Shown: positions 12,704 through 26,300, numbered from the stretch's first letter. The stretch: 64,000 nt of DNA from Microthyrium microscopicum (GCA_010405405.1 MU004236.1:1246070-1310069), one strand, 5' to 3'. Made by a program: numbers and translations. The notes: generated by a model from the letters alone, not told the origin.

Positions 12704-13678
12704 AGCCAGAGAAGTAGGCTAGCTTGAAAGAAGAATTCATGTGCAAGATAGGCTTCTCAATCAAAGCCTGGCAAAAAAACAAATTGAAAAGGTAGACTCG
12801 AAATGCAACAACCCCTTATGGCTTAGTTGTGAGAATCGGGGTCATGTTGTTACTGTTCCCGTATTGAGCAATCTAACACGCTCATCGAGGGAGAGAGGGA
12901 AATACCAGCTCAACCATGTAAAGAAAATCCGGAGCGTCCACTTATCATATCACAGTCTGCGAAGTAGTCAACTAACGCAGAGCATGGCAAGAAGAAAGAA
13001 GTTGAAGCTCTCGCGTTGCAAAGTGGATACCAAAATGAACGAGTGGGGTAACGGATCGTGATTCGTGACAGAGATCCTCCACAGTTGCAACAATGGAAGT
13101 CAAAACTACATGCCTAAGCCACTTACATCCTCGAGCCGATATCATACCCAGAATCGATCAGGGCCTTGTGTACTTACCGAGCGAGATGTGCCTTGATACC
13201 AGGCTGTAAGTAAACTACAATACCTCTTATCTTATAAAAGGGTACATGCCGTACTCGTCGGTGGTATTCTTGACCAGTATACTCTTGCGGGTCATTTTAA
13301 CATAGCCAGGGCGCAGTGAAGGTGAACACTGAGGTTGCCGCTGGGCCATCCAACCAATCTGGCCCGGAAAGACTACTTCCTTTCTTGCCCACTGCTCTCT
13401 CATTTCCTGATAGCCACCAACACTTGTGCTTAACCTCTAAGCAAGGCCCAGAAGGAAAGACTATACTCCATATCAGCAATAACTACCTGGGCTCTTGTGG
13501 ATCCGATACAATTGCGCTTGAAAACTGCCATTCTCCTCGGGGATCAAATGCTGGTCTACCTGGAGAACAGTTACTTGCTACTCCGTAGTCAATACCTCAA
13601 CAAATGCACAAGCCTGGCTAACAAGTCTCTCGTCAGAACTTCTTGACGAATCTACAAACACTTGGTTCCAATTCCCCT

Positions 13679-16339
13679 ATGGCTATGGCTACAAAGCGAG
13701 GTCTTGAAGACGAGCTTCCATTTCCACGTCAAGGTAGCTCTGAGACTAGGACTGCCTCGAAATCAAATATTTCACCTTCTTCTCGCAGTCGGGCCAATAG
13801 CCAAGGCATCCTATCGCAGAACGATTCCAAATTTCCACGTCCAGGAAATAACGGCAACTTGGGGCCCACATGTACAAATTCGAGCTCCTTTGCGCCAGAT
13901 GCTTCCATCGTTTTGATTGGCATTCGCGGGACAGGCAAGTCAAGTCTTGCCATCATTGCATCGTCAGCACTTGGATTTCGAGTAATTGATGCGGATCGAC
14001 ATTTCTTCCAAATTACGGGACTGTCAAGAGCTGCTTTCAACGCTAGGCATGGGGTTCGAGAATACAGGCGACGTGAATTACAGATCATGCGTTCAGTGCT
14101 ACTGGACAACCAAATAAGATGTGTCATAACCTGCGGACCGGGCTCTGTACAAGGAGAGGGTCAAAATTTGCTCGTGGAATATTCAAAAACACATCCTGTC
14201 ATTAATATATTACGAGATACAGATGAGATTCAGCGCTATCTGAGTTCATGGGATAAGAAGACTATTTCTGACTTGGTTGAGCTGACGGCTCCATCGTACA
14301 GAGCCTCGTCTGGCTTTGAATTTTACAACATTTCCGAGTCACCCTCATACGGACTGGAAGAACTCGCAGTATCCAAATATCCTCCAACTCTCACCTTGAA
14401 GAACTTACAACAAGACTTCCTCCAGTTCGTCTACAAGGTTATCAAACAGCCATCATGTAATTATGAAATTGAAGCAGGAGACCCTATCTCCTCGATTGCG
14501 CCCGAGTCCAAACAATATACCTACGCTTTAGAGATTCAGTTCTCGGCTCTGATGTCATTTGGTACCGAATTACGAGACCTGAAGTCGACAGCCGATGCCA
14601 TTGAGTTTGTGGTAGATTTGCCACTTTTTTCTCACGGCAAAAGCACATTTTGCAGCTCTGTAGCCAACAATATCAGCAGACAATTCTATCTCATTCGACG
14701 CTATACACAAATCCCCATCATCTTCCACGTCCCACCAATCAAGTCACACTTACACATAACGTCCAGAGTCATTGATGCAGACCAAATCGAGGCCGCCTAT
14801 CTAGAACTACTCCGTTTTGGGCTTCGTCTCTCCCCAGAATACCTTTCCATTGATATCACATGTAATGACCAAAGGATAAGAGATGTAATAGCTACCAGAT
14901 GCTCAACAAAGGTTATCGGACATTTCTGTGATACTGAACCCGGACCTGATGGTTGGGTTTCTCATGACCGCAAGCAAAAGCTTCGGCTGGCCGAGGAGTT
15001 GGGTTGTGATCTAGTCCGGATATGTCAGGAGGCTGCTTCCATGCTGGACAATATATCATTACAACGTTTCGTTCATGAGATCAAAACTTCAAAATTGGCC
15101 ACTCAACCCTTGATCGCATACAACACAGGCCCTTTAGGTCGCATGTCATGTTGGCAAAATCCCACACTTACTCCAGTCACGAATTCCTTACTTCGGTCAC
15201 TTGACCCAAGAGGCTCTTCGAACTGGCTACTCACCATTCAAGAAGCCCAGAACGCCCTATATGCGTCTTTCACTCTAGATAAGATGTACTTCGGCGTTCT
15301 TGGTGCAAATGTCAGCTCAAGTCTTTCCCCTGCTATGCACAACGCTGCATATCGATTCTGTGGAATGCCCCATGAATACAAGATCTTTCAGTATTCTTCA
15401 CTAAAAGAAATGGAGCACGTTTTTCGGGATCCCTATTTCGGAGGTGCAAGCATCACTGCTCCTTTCAAAAGGGAAATGACTCTGTTCGTCGACTACATGA
15501 GTGCAGAGGCACGGGTGATTGGTGCTGTGAATACATTAGTGCCTTTGAGGGCCAAGACACTTGCCTCTTTGCTGGACAGATCTCAAGCAGGGCCAATCGT
15601 TGCCTTTTACGGCGAGTGTACAGACTGGATTGGAATCCATACCTGCGCTTCTCGCAACCTCTCTCCAGTCAATACCGTCAATGAGCGCACTACTGCATTG
15701 GTGCTTGGAGCTGGGGGTATGGCTCGTGCTGCAGTGTATGCTTTGATCAGACTTGGAGTTCGAAATATCTTGATTCACAACAGAACTTTGAAGAAAGCAC
15801 AAGAAGTTGCAAATCACTTCACAGATTGGTCCTCTCGGGATGCCACGACCGGTTCAATTTCAGACTGGGATGCTTTTGTAAAGACAGTGGCGAATGGAGC
15901 CAGTCATTTTGAGCGTAGACCTGATATCGAAGTTGTCAAGTCTTTGAATGATACACCTCAATTCTCTACTTCACCAACAATTATAATATCTACACTCCCA
16001 GGGCACAATGCCGGACAATCTATCCCAATTAACAACACTATTCCTTCAAGTTGGATCTCAAGTCAGACTGGTGGAGTCGTACTTGAAGTGAGTACATCCA
16101 TAAATTGCCGTATTCTAGACTGGCTAACCGCAATTTAGCTTGCCTACACTCCTCTTCAAACACCGCTTCTGCAACAGTTTAGCGCTGAGAGTCACCGAGG
16201 CTGGATAGTTGTGAACGGTTTACAGGTTTTACCAGAGTACGGCGCTCCTCAATTCGAGCTTTTTACTGGAAGGAAGGCACCACGACAACTAATGAGTGCT
16301 GCTGCAATGTCCGGGTATGAAGAACAGCAAAATCACTGA
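13679..16339 (+). CDS. QutR/QA-1S-like repressor (shikimate kinase-, type I dehydroquinase- and shikimate dehydrogenase-like domains); exons 13679-16087, 16139-16339
   Basis: P-loop GIRGTGKSS, DLVRICQ...LIAYNTGPLGRMS, SLSPAMHNAAY, IGAVNT, VLGAGGMARAA; after a GTGAGT...GCTAAC...TTTAG intron, LAYTP...QFELFTGRKAP. No DHQ synthase or EPSP synthase domains, so not AROM. Confidence 0.9.
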
Positions 16340-16602
16340 ATCTAGAGACTGCCCGTTCAGTCATTGCTCTAATCTGAGTCTCAAAGCCATGTTGAAGCAG
16401 CGCTAAAAAAACTGTATCTGTCTGAAAGTGCTCTAACGCGGTTAGCACATTTTCCGCTGAAAGTTAGTCCCTGTTAGAGATAAATTGTTTGATAATCAGT
16501 CATGTGAGTACTAATCTATAAATTCAAGGTTACTGCGACTATTGTATTACTCGTCATTCGAGGCAACAACTGCGCTGGATTATCAAAGAAAACAATACTG
16601 TG

Positions 16603-17363
16603 ATGATGATTGACTTACACTCACTGCCGGAAGGTTGGAGGCCTGCAGAAGACAAAGCGGTTCGAAATAACGGGCCAGATCACTTGGTCCTGGAGAGATT
16701 GAAGCTTCGCGAATTGGCTGAAGGATGGCCATGTTATCGGTAAGATTCTTATCATCTTTTTAACCTCTAATGTTAATCCGTGAAACTAGTGATGCGTGCG
16801 AATGGGAAAATTTCGCTTCTATATTTCATCCTGATGCTCATGTTTACACCACTTGGTCCGGTCGAGTTTCTTACGAAGATTTTATCAAAGTGTCTAAGAC
16901 GGGAATGGATGCTGGCGCATTCATAATGCACAGATGTCATGGCACAACGACCGACATAAACCTATCCGCGAGTCGTGCTGTAACGAAGATGAAAGCAACA
17001 ATCACTCAAAGATTTGTCATTGATGGTTGTGAAGTCGATGCTGAATGCGACTGTCGGTTTTGCTTCTTCTTTGAGAAAAGAAATGATCGATGGGGTGCAG
17101 TACTGGTTCGGCATTGGTATGAAAAGGATAAATTGATTCCAACTAATCCAGGCAAAGTACCAAAGCTGGATGAGGAGAAACTGCTCACTTATCCACCGTC
17201 ATACAAGTTTCTGGCTTATTGCCAGGAAGCCACGATGGAGGTCAAAGTTCTGAAGGATATGCCAGGTCATAGACGAAATACTGGAACAAGGAATGGAGAA
17301 AAGCACGATCTATTGTATGATATGAGCAGACGCTGGGTGGAGGGAGAGGATATTGAAGTATAA
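16603..17363 (+). CDS. PEP2-like SnoaL/NTF2-fold protein; exons 16603-16739, 16790-17363
   Basis: Spliced [65 protein letters not shown] resemble the fungal pea-pathogenicity-protein-2/SnoaL-like family; GTAAGA...CTAG intron. Confidence 0.82.
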
Positions 17364-17829
17364 GCTATCATGGTGAAGCAAATACAACAAAAAGAATGTC
17401 TTGCCATGTTGTTTCAAAATCAACATGAACATCTGTCTCGACATAATGGTCAGCATCTACAAGCCTAGATCACTTTCTTGATTATTGTCAAAGGTCGACT
17501 CGTAACAGTGAGTTATATGATACTTGTAAACACCACTCGTTTTGACAAGATGATTTTTCGCAATATTTTGAATAAGACTATGCAGGAGAATAGTTCTTAT
17601 ACCTTGATGTAGTTCATCATGGATATCAGGTGCATGATTGATAATAAACCCTACAATGCAATTTATGTGACATATAATTCTTCCTTTTGATTTGCGGGAG
17701 GCATATCTAATTTCCGCGCTTCTACAACGTGAGAGGTTGTCGCTTCTGTTCAACATGTTGCACAACTCCAAAAAAATTACAGAAATCGGCTAGTTGGGAC
17801 GGATTGTCTAGTATTTGATCGTAGTGAAG

Positions 17830-18621
17830 ATGAGAGCATCCTGGCTCTTCGGCCTTTTGGTGGCCTCAGCAAGTAAGTTGGAGAGTCCAAGGCAATATAG
17901 GGTACATGATTCATTATAGGCAGGTAACACCTTTGCTATACCAACGCAGGAAGATGTTCAAGGCTTACCAAAGGATCTCACGCTCCGAATACTGCCATTG
18001 GGAGATAGCATAACTAATGGCATGGGAAGCTCTAAAGGCGACAGCTATCGCAAAGACCTCTTCGACAAACTGACCGCTGCGGGGGCTAAAGTGGAATATC
18101 TTGGATCTCAAAAGTCTGGATCATTCTCACAAAACAGTCATGAAGGCTGGATCGGTTTCGAGATCGACAAGATATCGCAAAAAGCAGATGACCCAAAGGC
18201 ACTTGGCGCAAAACCAAACCTGGTTTTGCTACTCGCTGGTACAAATGATATTGCACATAGTCAACGAAACGGTGCACCACAGCGTCTCCAGAAACTGGCG
18301 GAGAAGATCACTACTCGGGTGCCAGGAGTTGTCTTGATCGTTGGGACCCTGCCTCCATTCGCAGCCAAATACATGCCGTCCGGCCAAGGAGGAGATTCTG
18401 CACCATGGATAAATGAGTTCAATACCGCTGCGTCAAAGATTGCGAAGAGTATGGCAGAAAAAGGGGCAAAGGTCGCCATGGCAGATTTGAGCGCAGTAAA
18501 GCTTGGAGACTTACAAGATGGCATTCACCCAAATGATGGAGGGTACAGGAAGATGTCTGCTGGCTGGTTCAAAGCTATCGAAGAAGTCGCCGCCAAGGGT
18601 TGGCTGAAAGGCTCCAGTTGA
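17830..18621 (+). CDS. Secreted SGNH/GDSL hydrolase (carbohydrate esterase family 3-like); exons 17830-17872, 17924-18621
   Basis: Signal peptide MRASWLFGLLVASASNTFA; blocks RILPLGDSIT, HEG, LAGTND and DGIHPN; GTAAGT...GCAG intron in the correct phase. Confidence 0.88.
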
Positions 18622-18804
18622 TACAGTCCATTTCGCGTGCAGAGCAGACCTTCTGAGAGGCTGACATCTTGTGAGACTTTAACTATAACCCAAGTCGTCA
18701 ATATCATGGATGGAACCTCAGGTAGCCAATATCAGTGCATAACACGGTTTGGGAGGTAGACATGAAACCCGATGGAGGAAATGTCTCCATTGTGCTTCGA
18801 GCTA

Positions 18805-18819
18805 TTGTTCTCGATCGAT
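18805..18819 (+). repeat. Left copy of 15-bp LINE target-site duplication TTGTTCTCGATCGAT
   Basis: Identical 15-mer at 30296-30310; followed directly by (GAT)n. Confidence 0.88.
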
Positions 18820-20072
18820 GATGATGATGATGATGATGAAATTAGCTATCTAACCCAATTAGGTTTTGGCACGTATATGCTAATACGTCTAACCACATAT
18901 TACTATTTTATATAACAAATTCAAAGAAGAACTCTAGCCCCTAATACGCCCTTATCCTAAATTAATAATTCCTAATTAATAACTCCTAAGAACTTATTAA
19001 AAACTAAATAATAAAAATAATATTATAAAGATATAAATATATATGCTACTTATACTTAGCATAAGCTAATATAGGCTAAAGACTATTATACTACTAGTAT
19101 CTAATATAAGAGTTAATACTAGCTAGAATATATTTATTAATAATACTAAGATATAAGAGTCTAATACTACTAAAGTTATATTATAATACTAATATAAAAG
19201 TTAGCTATCTATTAGTTTATAAGTATTTATGCCTTAATTAATTCCTATAATTAATTTATAAATCTTCTATTCCTTTAGTTCTCTTTATTAATTATAAAGA
19301 TATAACTATCTTTATTTATAATACTACTATAACCTCTTAATTATCTATACCTATTTAAAGACTTTTATCTATCTACTAGTTCTTATCTTTATTACTATAA
19401 AGGAAGGATAAGTAAGTCCTAGATAGAGATACCTAAGTATATAGTTTATTAAGTACTACCTATCTATATAGTATTTACTATAGGAATAGTTCCTAGTACT
19501 AGATTATAAGAAAGTTATCCTCTTCTTATAACCTATAGTTATCTACTTAAGAGGAAATATCTCCCTAATTATATAGTTTACTTCCTTAGTTAAATAATAA
19601 TTAGTATATACTTAAGGTTAAATTATACTACCTTCTTCTTACGCTAAGCTTAAAGATTTACTTTCTTAGTCTAATATTCTTTAAAGGCGGCCTAATTTGT
19701 CTTATTACATTATTCTTCTTAATATATCTAAGTAGCATCTATATATCTAAGATCTTATATACTTAAAGTATCTAAAAAAAATAAAGTAGTAAGCTTAGCT
19801 AGTATAGGACTCTTTATTATTTTCTTATAACTTTTTACTCTACCTATACTTATCTATATTTTATAGCGCTATTCTAAGAAAGTAGAATAAGTATAAAGTA
19901 TATAATATAGAGTCTAATTTAAGAAACTATTATAATATTAGTAGGCTAGGCTATTAATCTTACCTATATTCTAGAAATTATAGTAAAGACTTATTTTATT
20001 AGTATAAAGCTAGACTAGGATAGTAGATAGTAAACGCTTATAGTTTTAATATAGGTTAGGTACCTACCTACT

Positions 20073-20391
20073 TATAAAGGATAGTTTAAAGCAAGGAAAA
20101 TAGATTCTAAGAACTAGTATTAAGATAAGACTAATACTTAATCTTCTAAGAGATTAAGTTTATCTCTTTACTTATACTCCTCTCTATCTTTTCTTTAGTA
20201 AGGCTATCTCTCCTTTTTATTCTTAGCTTTATTTTAGCTTCGTCTTATTATAGTAGAGAATAGATATTATCTACATTAACCTAGTAGTTTATTAATAAAA
20301 AGCCTTTCTATAATATACTATAAGAATAAAGCAAGTAAAGAAGTAGTAAAATACTTATATCTCTATAGCAAGTTTATAAAAGTCTATAATA
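20073..20391 (-). repeat. 3' LTR of chromovirus A
   Basis: Direct repeat of 28524-28842; the differences I compared are C/T and G/A transitions. Confidence 0.9.
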
Positions 20392-23300
20392 AAGCCTTCT
20401 TTCCTAAAGAAAGTTACCTTTAACGACTTAGCTATTATACCTTCCTCTTTTAGTAGGTATAGTCTTAATCTATAGTATTCTTACCTTTAGAGTTACTATA
20501 GTACCTACTATATAGGTAATAATAACTCTATTTATTATAATAGTATTGCGTATATATATAATACTAAAATATTTTAGAACTATAATATTTTATCTTCTTA
20601 ATATTATAACCTTTTCTTCTTATAAGTAATTTATAAGTATATTACCTACTTAAAATCTTAAAAGTTTTTAAAACTATATCTCTTTAGAGTCCTTAATTTA
20701 ACTTATACCCTTTTCGTACTTTATTTATACTTTCTTTACCTATCTTTAATATTTTTAGCTTTTTAATATACGTTCTAATAGCGTTTTAATTATTCTTTTA
20801 TAATATCTTCTTATTATTATTTTAGTAGTTCATATAGTAGTAATTTATCTTATTAAGACCCTATTAATATTAATTCCTTTAATAATAATGACTTTATTAA
20901 TAATAATAATTTATAGAAGAGTAAGTAATTAGTTAACCTTAACCTAGATAATTATTCTCTAAGAATATATTACGCTTTTTAGGAGTTTTAATAATCTTAA
21001 TAATATAGTAGCTAACCTTCTAAGCGTATAACTTATTAACGTTTTACTACTTCTTATACTCTATAGAGTCTTTAACGCGTCCTTAAGGAGCTTAAGTTAC
21101 GTAATTATAACTTAATCTAACTTACTAACTAGGTAGCCCTCTTAAAGCCTTAGGAAGGCTTATTAACCCTTTATATCTTATTATCCTTAAGCTATATTAT
21201 TATTAGTACTAATTTACTATTTATTTCTTATTTAGCCTAATGTAGTATTAATAGCTTTTATTACCTACTTTAAGTACCTTTTAGTACTACTATAATTAAC
21301 TTAATTATTAATTTTACTCTATAGCTAACTTATATTCTATGCATTTCTTAAGCTAATAGAAAACGTTATTATAAAGATACTTTATTACTAAAGTTTTTAT
21401 AGCTACTTATTACTTATTCTATAATTAAGAAGTAAACTACTTACTAAGGTACTCTTACGCTATCTTATATATTATTCCTAAATAATAAAAAGTCTAAGTT
21501 AGATAACTTACCTAATAAGCTAGGAGATATAAACCTAGGTCCTATAGCCTAGACTACTTAGTAGTAGGCCTTTATAGTAAGTATATTATAAGTAACTTAC
21601 CTAATTCTTTTACTAACTTATACCTTTATAGAATATTACTTAGATTATATTTTGCTTTTAAGCTATACCTACTCTACTTCTTTTTCTATATTACCTTTAA
21701 TATTTATAGAATATTATTAATAATATAATCTACTATTATCTTAATAGTAGCTATATTTTATAAAGTACTATATATAGTTATAAAGATAACTTTACTAAAT
21801 ACTATTATTATATTTACTAGAAGTACTATTATAATATTATAAATATTTTATTAGTAACTTAGATATAGCTTACGTACTAACTTTTATTTAGGTATTTATA
21901 GTCTTTAATAAGATTATAAATAACCTAATCTACTTACGTATTTACCTTATGTCTCTTAACTTTATAAGTTCTATTATAGTTATTACGTCTTTAAGTTCCT
22001 TTATTAAGTTTTATTAGCGTAGTAATATATACTATATTTATAATAAGAAGTTAATATATTATTAATAAGCCTATAATACTTTCATTATAGCTTAGCGTTA
22101 TATAAAGAGTTACTTAGAAGGCTATAGCTATCTTATAGCCTTAAATATAATATTCTATATTTACGCTATACTTAGTTATATTAGAGATACGCTAAAGTAG
22201 GCTAATAATATTTAGTATCTTAATATAGGTTCTTTTACGTTTTATTTATAAGTTATACTTCTACTAACTATTATTTCTAGAATTATTTTCTATTTATATC
22301 TTATATTTAGTTATAGGTTTAAGTATTTATTTAGCCTATAGTAATCTACCTAGAAGGCTTTAAACTACTTAATCCTTACTAGGAGCTAGGTCTTATTACT
22401 AATAACCCTTTATTATCTCTACTTATTAGTAATCTACCTATATAAAGCAATTGTCCTTATATTTACTTCTTATCTCCTTTAGTCTAAAATAAGAAGAATA
22501 TTACTATATTTAGGGCTTATATACCTCCTAAATTTATCTTAGACGTTAGTACTTTATACTTTATAGTATATTTGCCTACTATAGAGAAGGTTAAGAATAA
22601 GAAGGTAAGTAGTATATAGACTAAGTAGTCTAATAAAGAGACTATACTACCCTTCTATAGCTCTTCTTTAGCTACCTAGGTTTAGGCTTAATATACTAAT
22701 AAAATAGCTTACTTTCTTTACTAATTTTAGTAGCATTATACTACTAGTAGAGTAACTACTTATTATAACCTAGATAGTAGTATTAATTCTATTAGTACTA
22801 ATCCTAGCTATTTTTATCCTTCTCTTATATTTATAATACCTATAACTTATAATATTTCTTTACTTACTTACCTATTTATTAATAATACGTTAATTACCTT
22901 AGCTATATCTATTACGTACTCCTTTCTTAGTAGTCCTAAAGTAACTAATAGTATCTAATACTTACTTTTAAAGTTATAGCGTCCTAATATATAGAGTTAG
23001 AGTTTAGTAATTAGGTTACGTTTTAGTTATATAAATATTATATTTATTTATTTCTTTAGGTATAAGTTATTAGTCTTAATATCTTTTAGGACTAGCCTTT
23101 TTATTAACTTACTATTTATAGTTATAACGTTTAGGAAAAATTCTTATTTTTTATTATATTTACTAATAGTTTACTCTTTCTATCTCTATAAAAGAAAATC
23201 TTTTTTTTATAGTACTAGTCTACTAGTTTCTTATAAGACCTCTTAATTTTATTTAGGTTTTATTTACGTCTTGCTAGTAATTTACCTAGCTATAATTTTT

Positions 23301-26300
23301 ACTATTTCTATTTTTAGTTTTCTATTTTTTATTCTACTAGTTAGTTACTTTTCTATAGTAAATAAAAAGTATATAAAAATCTCTTCTCTCTTATAACGCT
23401 TTTCTTTATAGTTTTATTCTTCTCTTTTTCTTTTCTTTATAATAGTAAGCTTAAATTTATTAGCTTCTTTAAAAATCTTAATTAAGTTTTATGCGTTTTT
23501 ATAGTCTTCTTCTTATTCTTAAGAGTTATAAGTTAAAGGATAGCTTTATTAATAGATAAAGTATTTAACTTTTTCTTTCTATTTTCTTTTATCTAAAATA
23601 GCTCTTATCTTCTATTCCTCTTTATCTTCTAGCTTAATAGCTATAGAAAGCTTTAGTTTTTCTTAATCTTTTCTTTAATAATATAGCTTAAGTTTAGATA
23701 TATAAAAGACGTTATAGATTTAGTAGCTTATTAAAAGGTTTAGTTAGTAGGCTTATTCTTTAACTATATCTTAAATACTAAATAATTCTATATAGTAAGG
23801 AGCTAGCTTCTTACTTAGTAGTTTAAGTTTAATATTCTCTATTAATAGTAAGATCTTATCTTCTATATAAAATAATATTAAAGTATACTTCTTATTATAG
23901 AACTTAACTTAATATTCTACTACTTTTTCTTAGCGTTTTACTATCTTTTCTTAGTTTTATTTTATTTTTACTACTCTTTACTTTACTATTATTACCTTAC
24001 TTTCCTCTTCTTTAAGCTTATCTTTAGAGTCTATAAGAAAGTTTATTAAGAAAGTTAATTTATATCCTATTTTAGCTATATTTAGAGTATAGTTAAGTAT
24101 TTTATTATAAGACGTATTTATTACCTATTATATTATAAGTAGAAAGCTTAACTAGTTTATCTAGTTTTTAATAGTAAAAGCTTATAAGTAATATCTTAGT
24201 ACTAAGTTTTACTACTTAGTTTAGCTATTAATTTATAGATACTAGGCTATAGATAGCTTATATTTTACCTTTCTTACTTAGTATAGTTTAGTCTAAAATT
24301 TACTTATAAAGATAGATCCTCTATCTAATATAATACCTACTAGTAAGCCTTTTTCTAAAAAAACTCTTCTTTTTATAAGTTTTACTAACTCTTTAGTAGT
24401 TATATCTTTTATAGTTTTAATATACCTTATTTATTTAGTATATTAATTTATAATTATTAGTATAGTATTAAATATTATAAGTTTATATTTATAAGGTAAT
24501 AAACTTATAATAAAGTCTATAGTAATTTCTTACTATAATTAGGTTAGTTAAAGTAAAGACTTTAACTTACTATAAGATTAATGCTATTTTACTTTTATTC
24601 TTTAGTAAACTAAGTAAGTCTTTATATATACCTATATGTTCTTTTTTATCTTTAGCTAGTAAAACTATTTATAAAGTAGTTTTATAGTGCTTTAAACTTC
24701 TAAGTATCTTACTAGTAGGTTATTATAATATATTACTAAGAGTTTATTTCTTAAGATAAGTTTATAGAGTATATATAGTTAGCTCTTATAATAAAGGTAG
24801 TCTCTTTAGACTAACTAAGTATTCTTTAACTATTAAGTCTCTTTAAACTCTAGCTATATATTAAGTACTTTTTAGATATACTTAAGTTCTTTATTATTAT
24901 CTTAAGTAACTTAGACTAAGGTAATTAGTACGTCTAAAGCTTTTCTATTTATAATATATAAGTCTTATATTACTTTTTTTACTATAGTTCTTAAAATATA
25001 GATATAGTCTAAAGTAGTAACTATTTTTTAAAAGCTAAAGGAGTCTTTACTCTTCTTACTTATAGTATCTTAGCTACTTATTTACTTATAAGGCATCTTA
25101 TTTATTCTTAATACGTTTAGTACTAAGTAATACTTAATATTAAATATTTTATCTATAAGGTTATACTTATTTATTATTAGTATCTTACTAGTAAGTTACT
25201 TTATTAGCTTAAGACTATTTATAAAGACTAGCTTTTTCTATTTCTTTTTTAAGAAGAGTTCTAGCTTTTTTTAAAAAGTAGGTAGTAAGTTATTTATAGC
25301 TTATTCTATAGTAGTATAGTTAAGTTATTTTAATAATATATCTATAAAATTTATCTTTTTGCTTTAATACCTAATATAGAAGTTATACTTTATTAATATA
25401 ATTATTTAGTATACTTAGTACTTATTTAAGTTCTTCTATTTTATAAACCTTACTAAGTTATTATAGTTAGTTAGAATCTTAATAGAGTAATAACTACCCT
25501 TAAGGTAATATTACTAATATTTTATAGTCTTAATAATAGTAAGAAGCTCCTAATTATAAATTTAATAGTTAATCTTAGCCTCTATTAATTTCCTTAACTA
25601 GAAAGCAATAGAGTACTATTAGCTATTTTTCTATAGCTAAGAAAGAATACTTATAATAGTATACTAGGACGTATTAGTCTTAAGGTAGATCCTTTTCTTT
25701 AAGTTAAAATATATAAAGATAAGAGCTTTATTAAAAGCTACGTAAAATATATAAAACGCTTATACTACTTCCTTTATTTAGATAAAAGGTTTATATTTTT
25801 TTTTAAGTTATATACCCTTAAATAAATTAGTTAAGGGTTTTATTACCTTTAAGTAGCCTTTAATAAACCTATAGTAGAAATTTATAAAGCTAATAAATAC
25901 TTATATATTATTATAGCTCCTAAGTTCTAGCTACTTTATAATAGACTTAACTTAACTAAGATTTATTTTTACTTCTTTTATAAAGACTATAAAACTAAGG
26001 AATTCTACTTTATTAATAAAGAATTAGTACTTTTTAAGATTAGTATAAAGCTTAGTAGCTAGTAAATATTTTAATATAGTATATACGTTATAAATATAAT
26101 TCTTATACGTTTTAAAGAAGATAAAGATATTATTAAGGTAGATAATATAGATAATATCTAAGAGTCTTATTAATACTTTATAAATATAAACTTAAAACGT
26201 AGCTAAGGTATTAGTAAGTCTAAAAAGTATAACTTAGTATTTATAGTATCTATACTAGGTATAAAATACTATTTTCTATTAATCTTATTCTTTAATAAGT

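Noticed and set aside
13643..16339. Pentafunctional AROM (aro1) gene
   Set aside because: Only the three C-terminal AROM-like domains are present, the dehydroquinase lysine is replaced, and it is paired with a Zn2Cys6 gene: the QutR-type layout.
9040..17363. Canonical quinate utilisation (qut/qa) cluster
   Set aside because: No quinate dehydrogenase, catabolic dehydroquinase, dehydroshikimate dehydratase or permease in the window.
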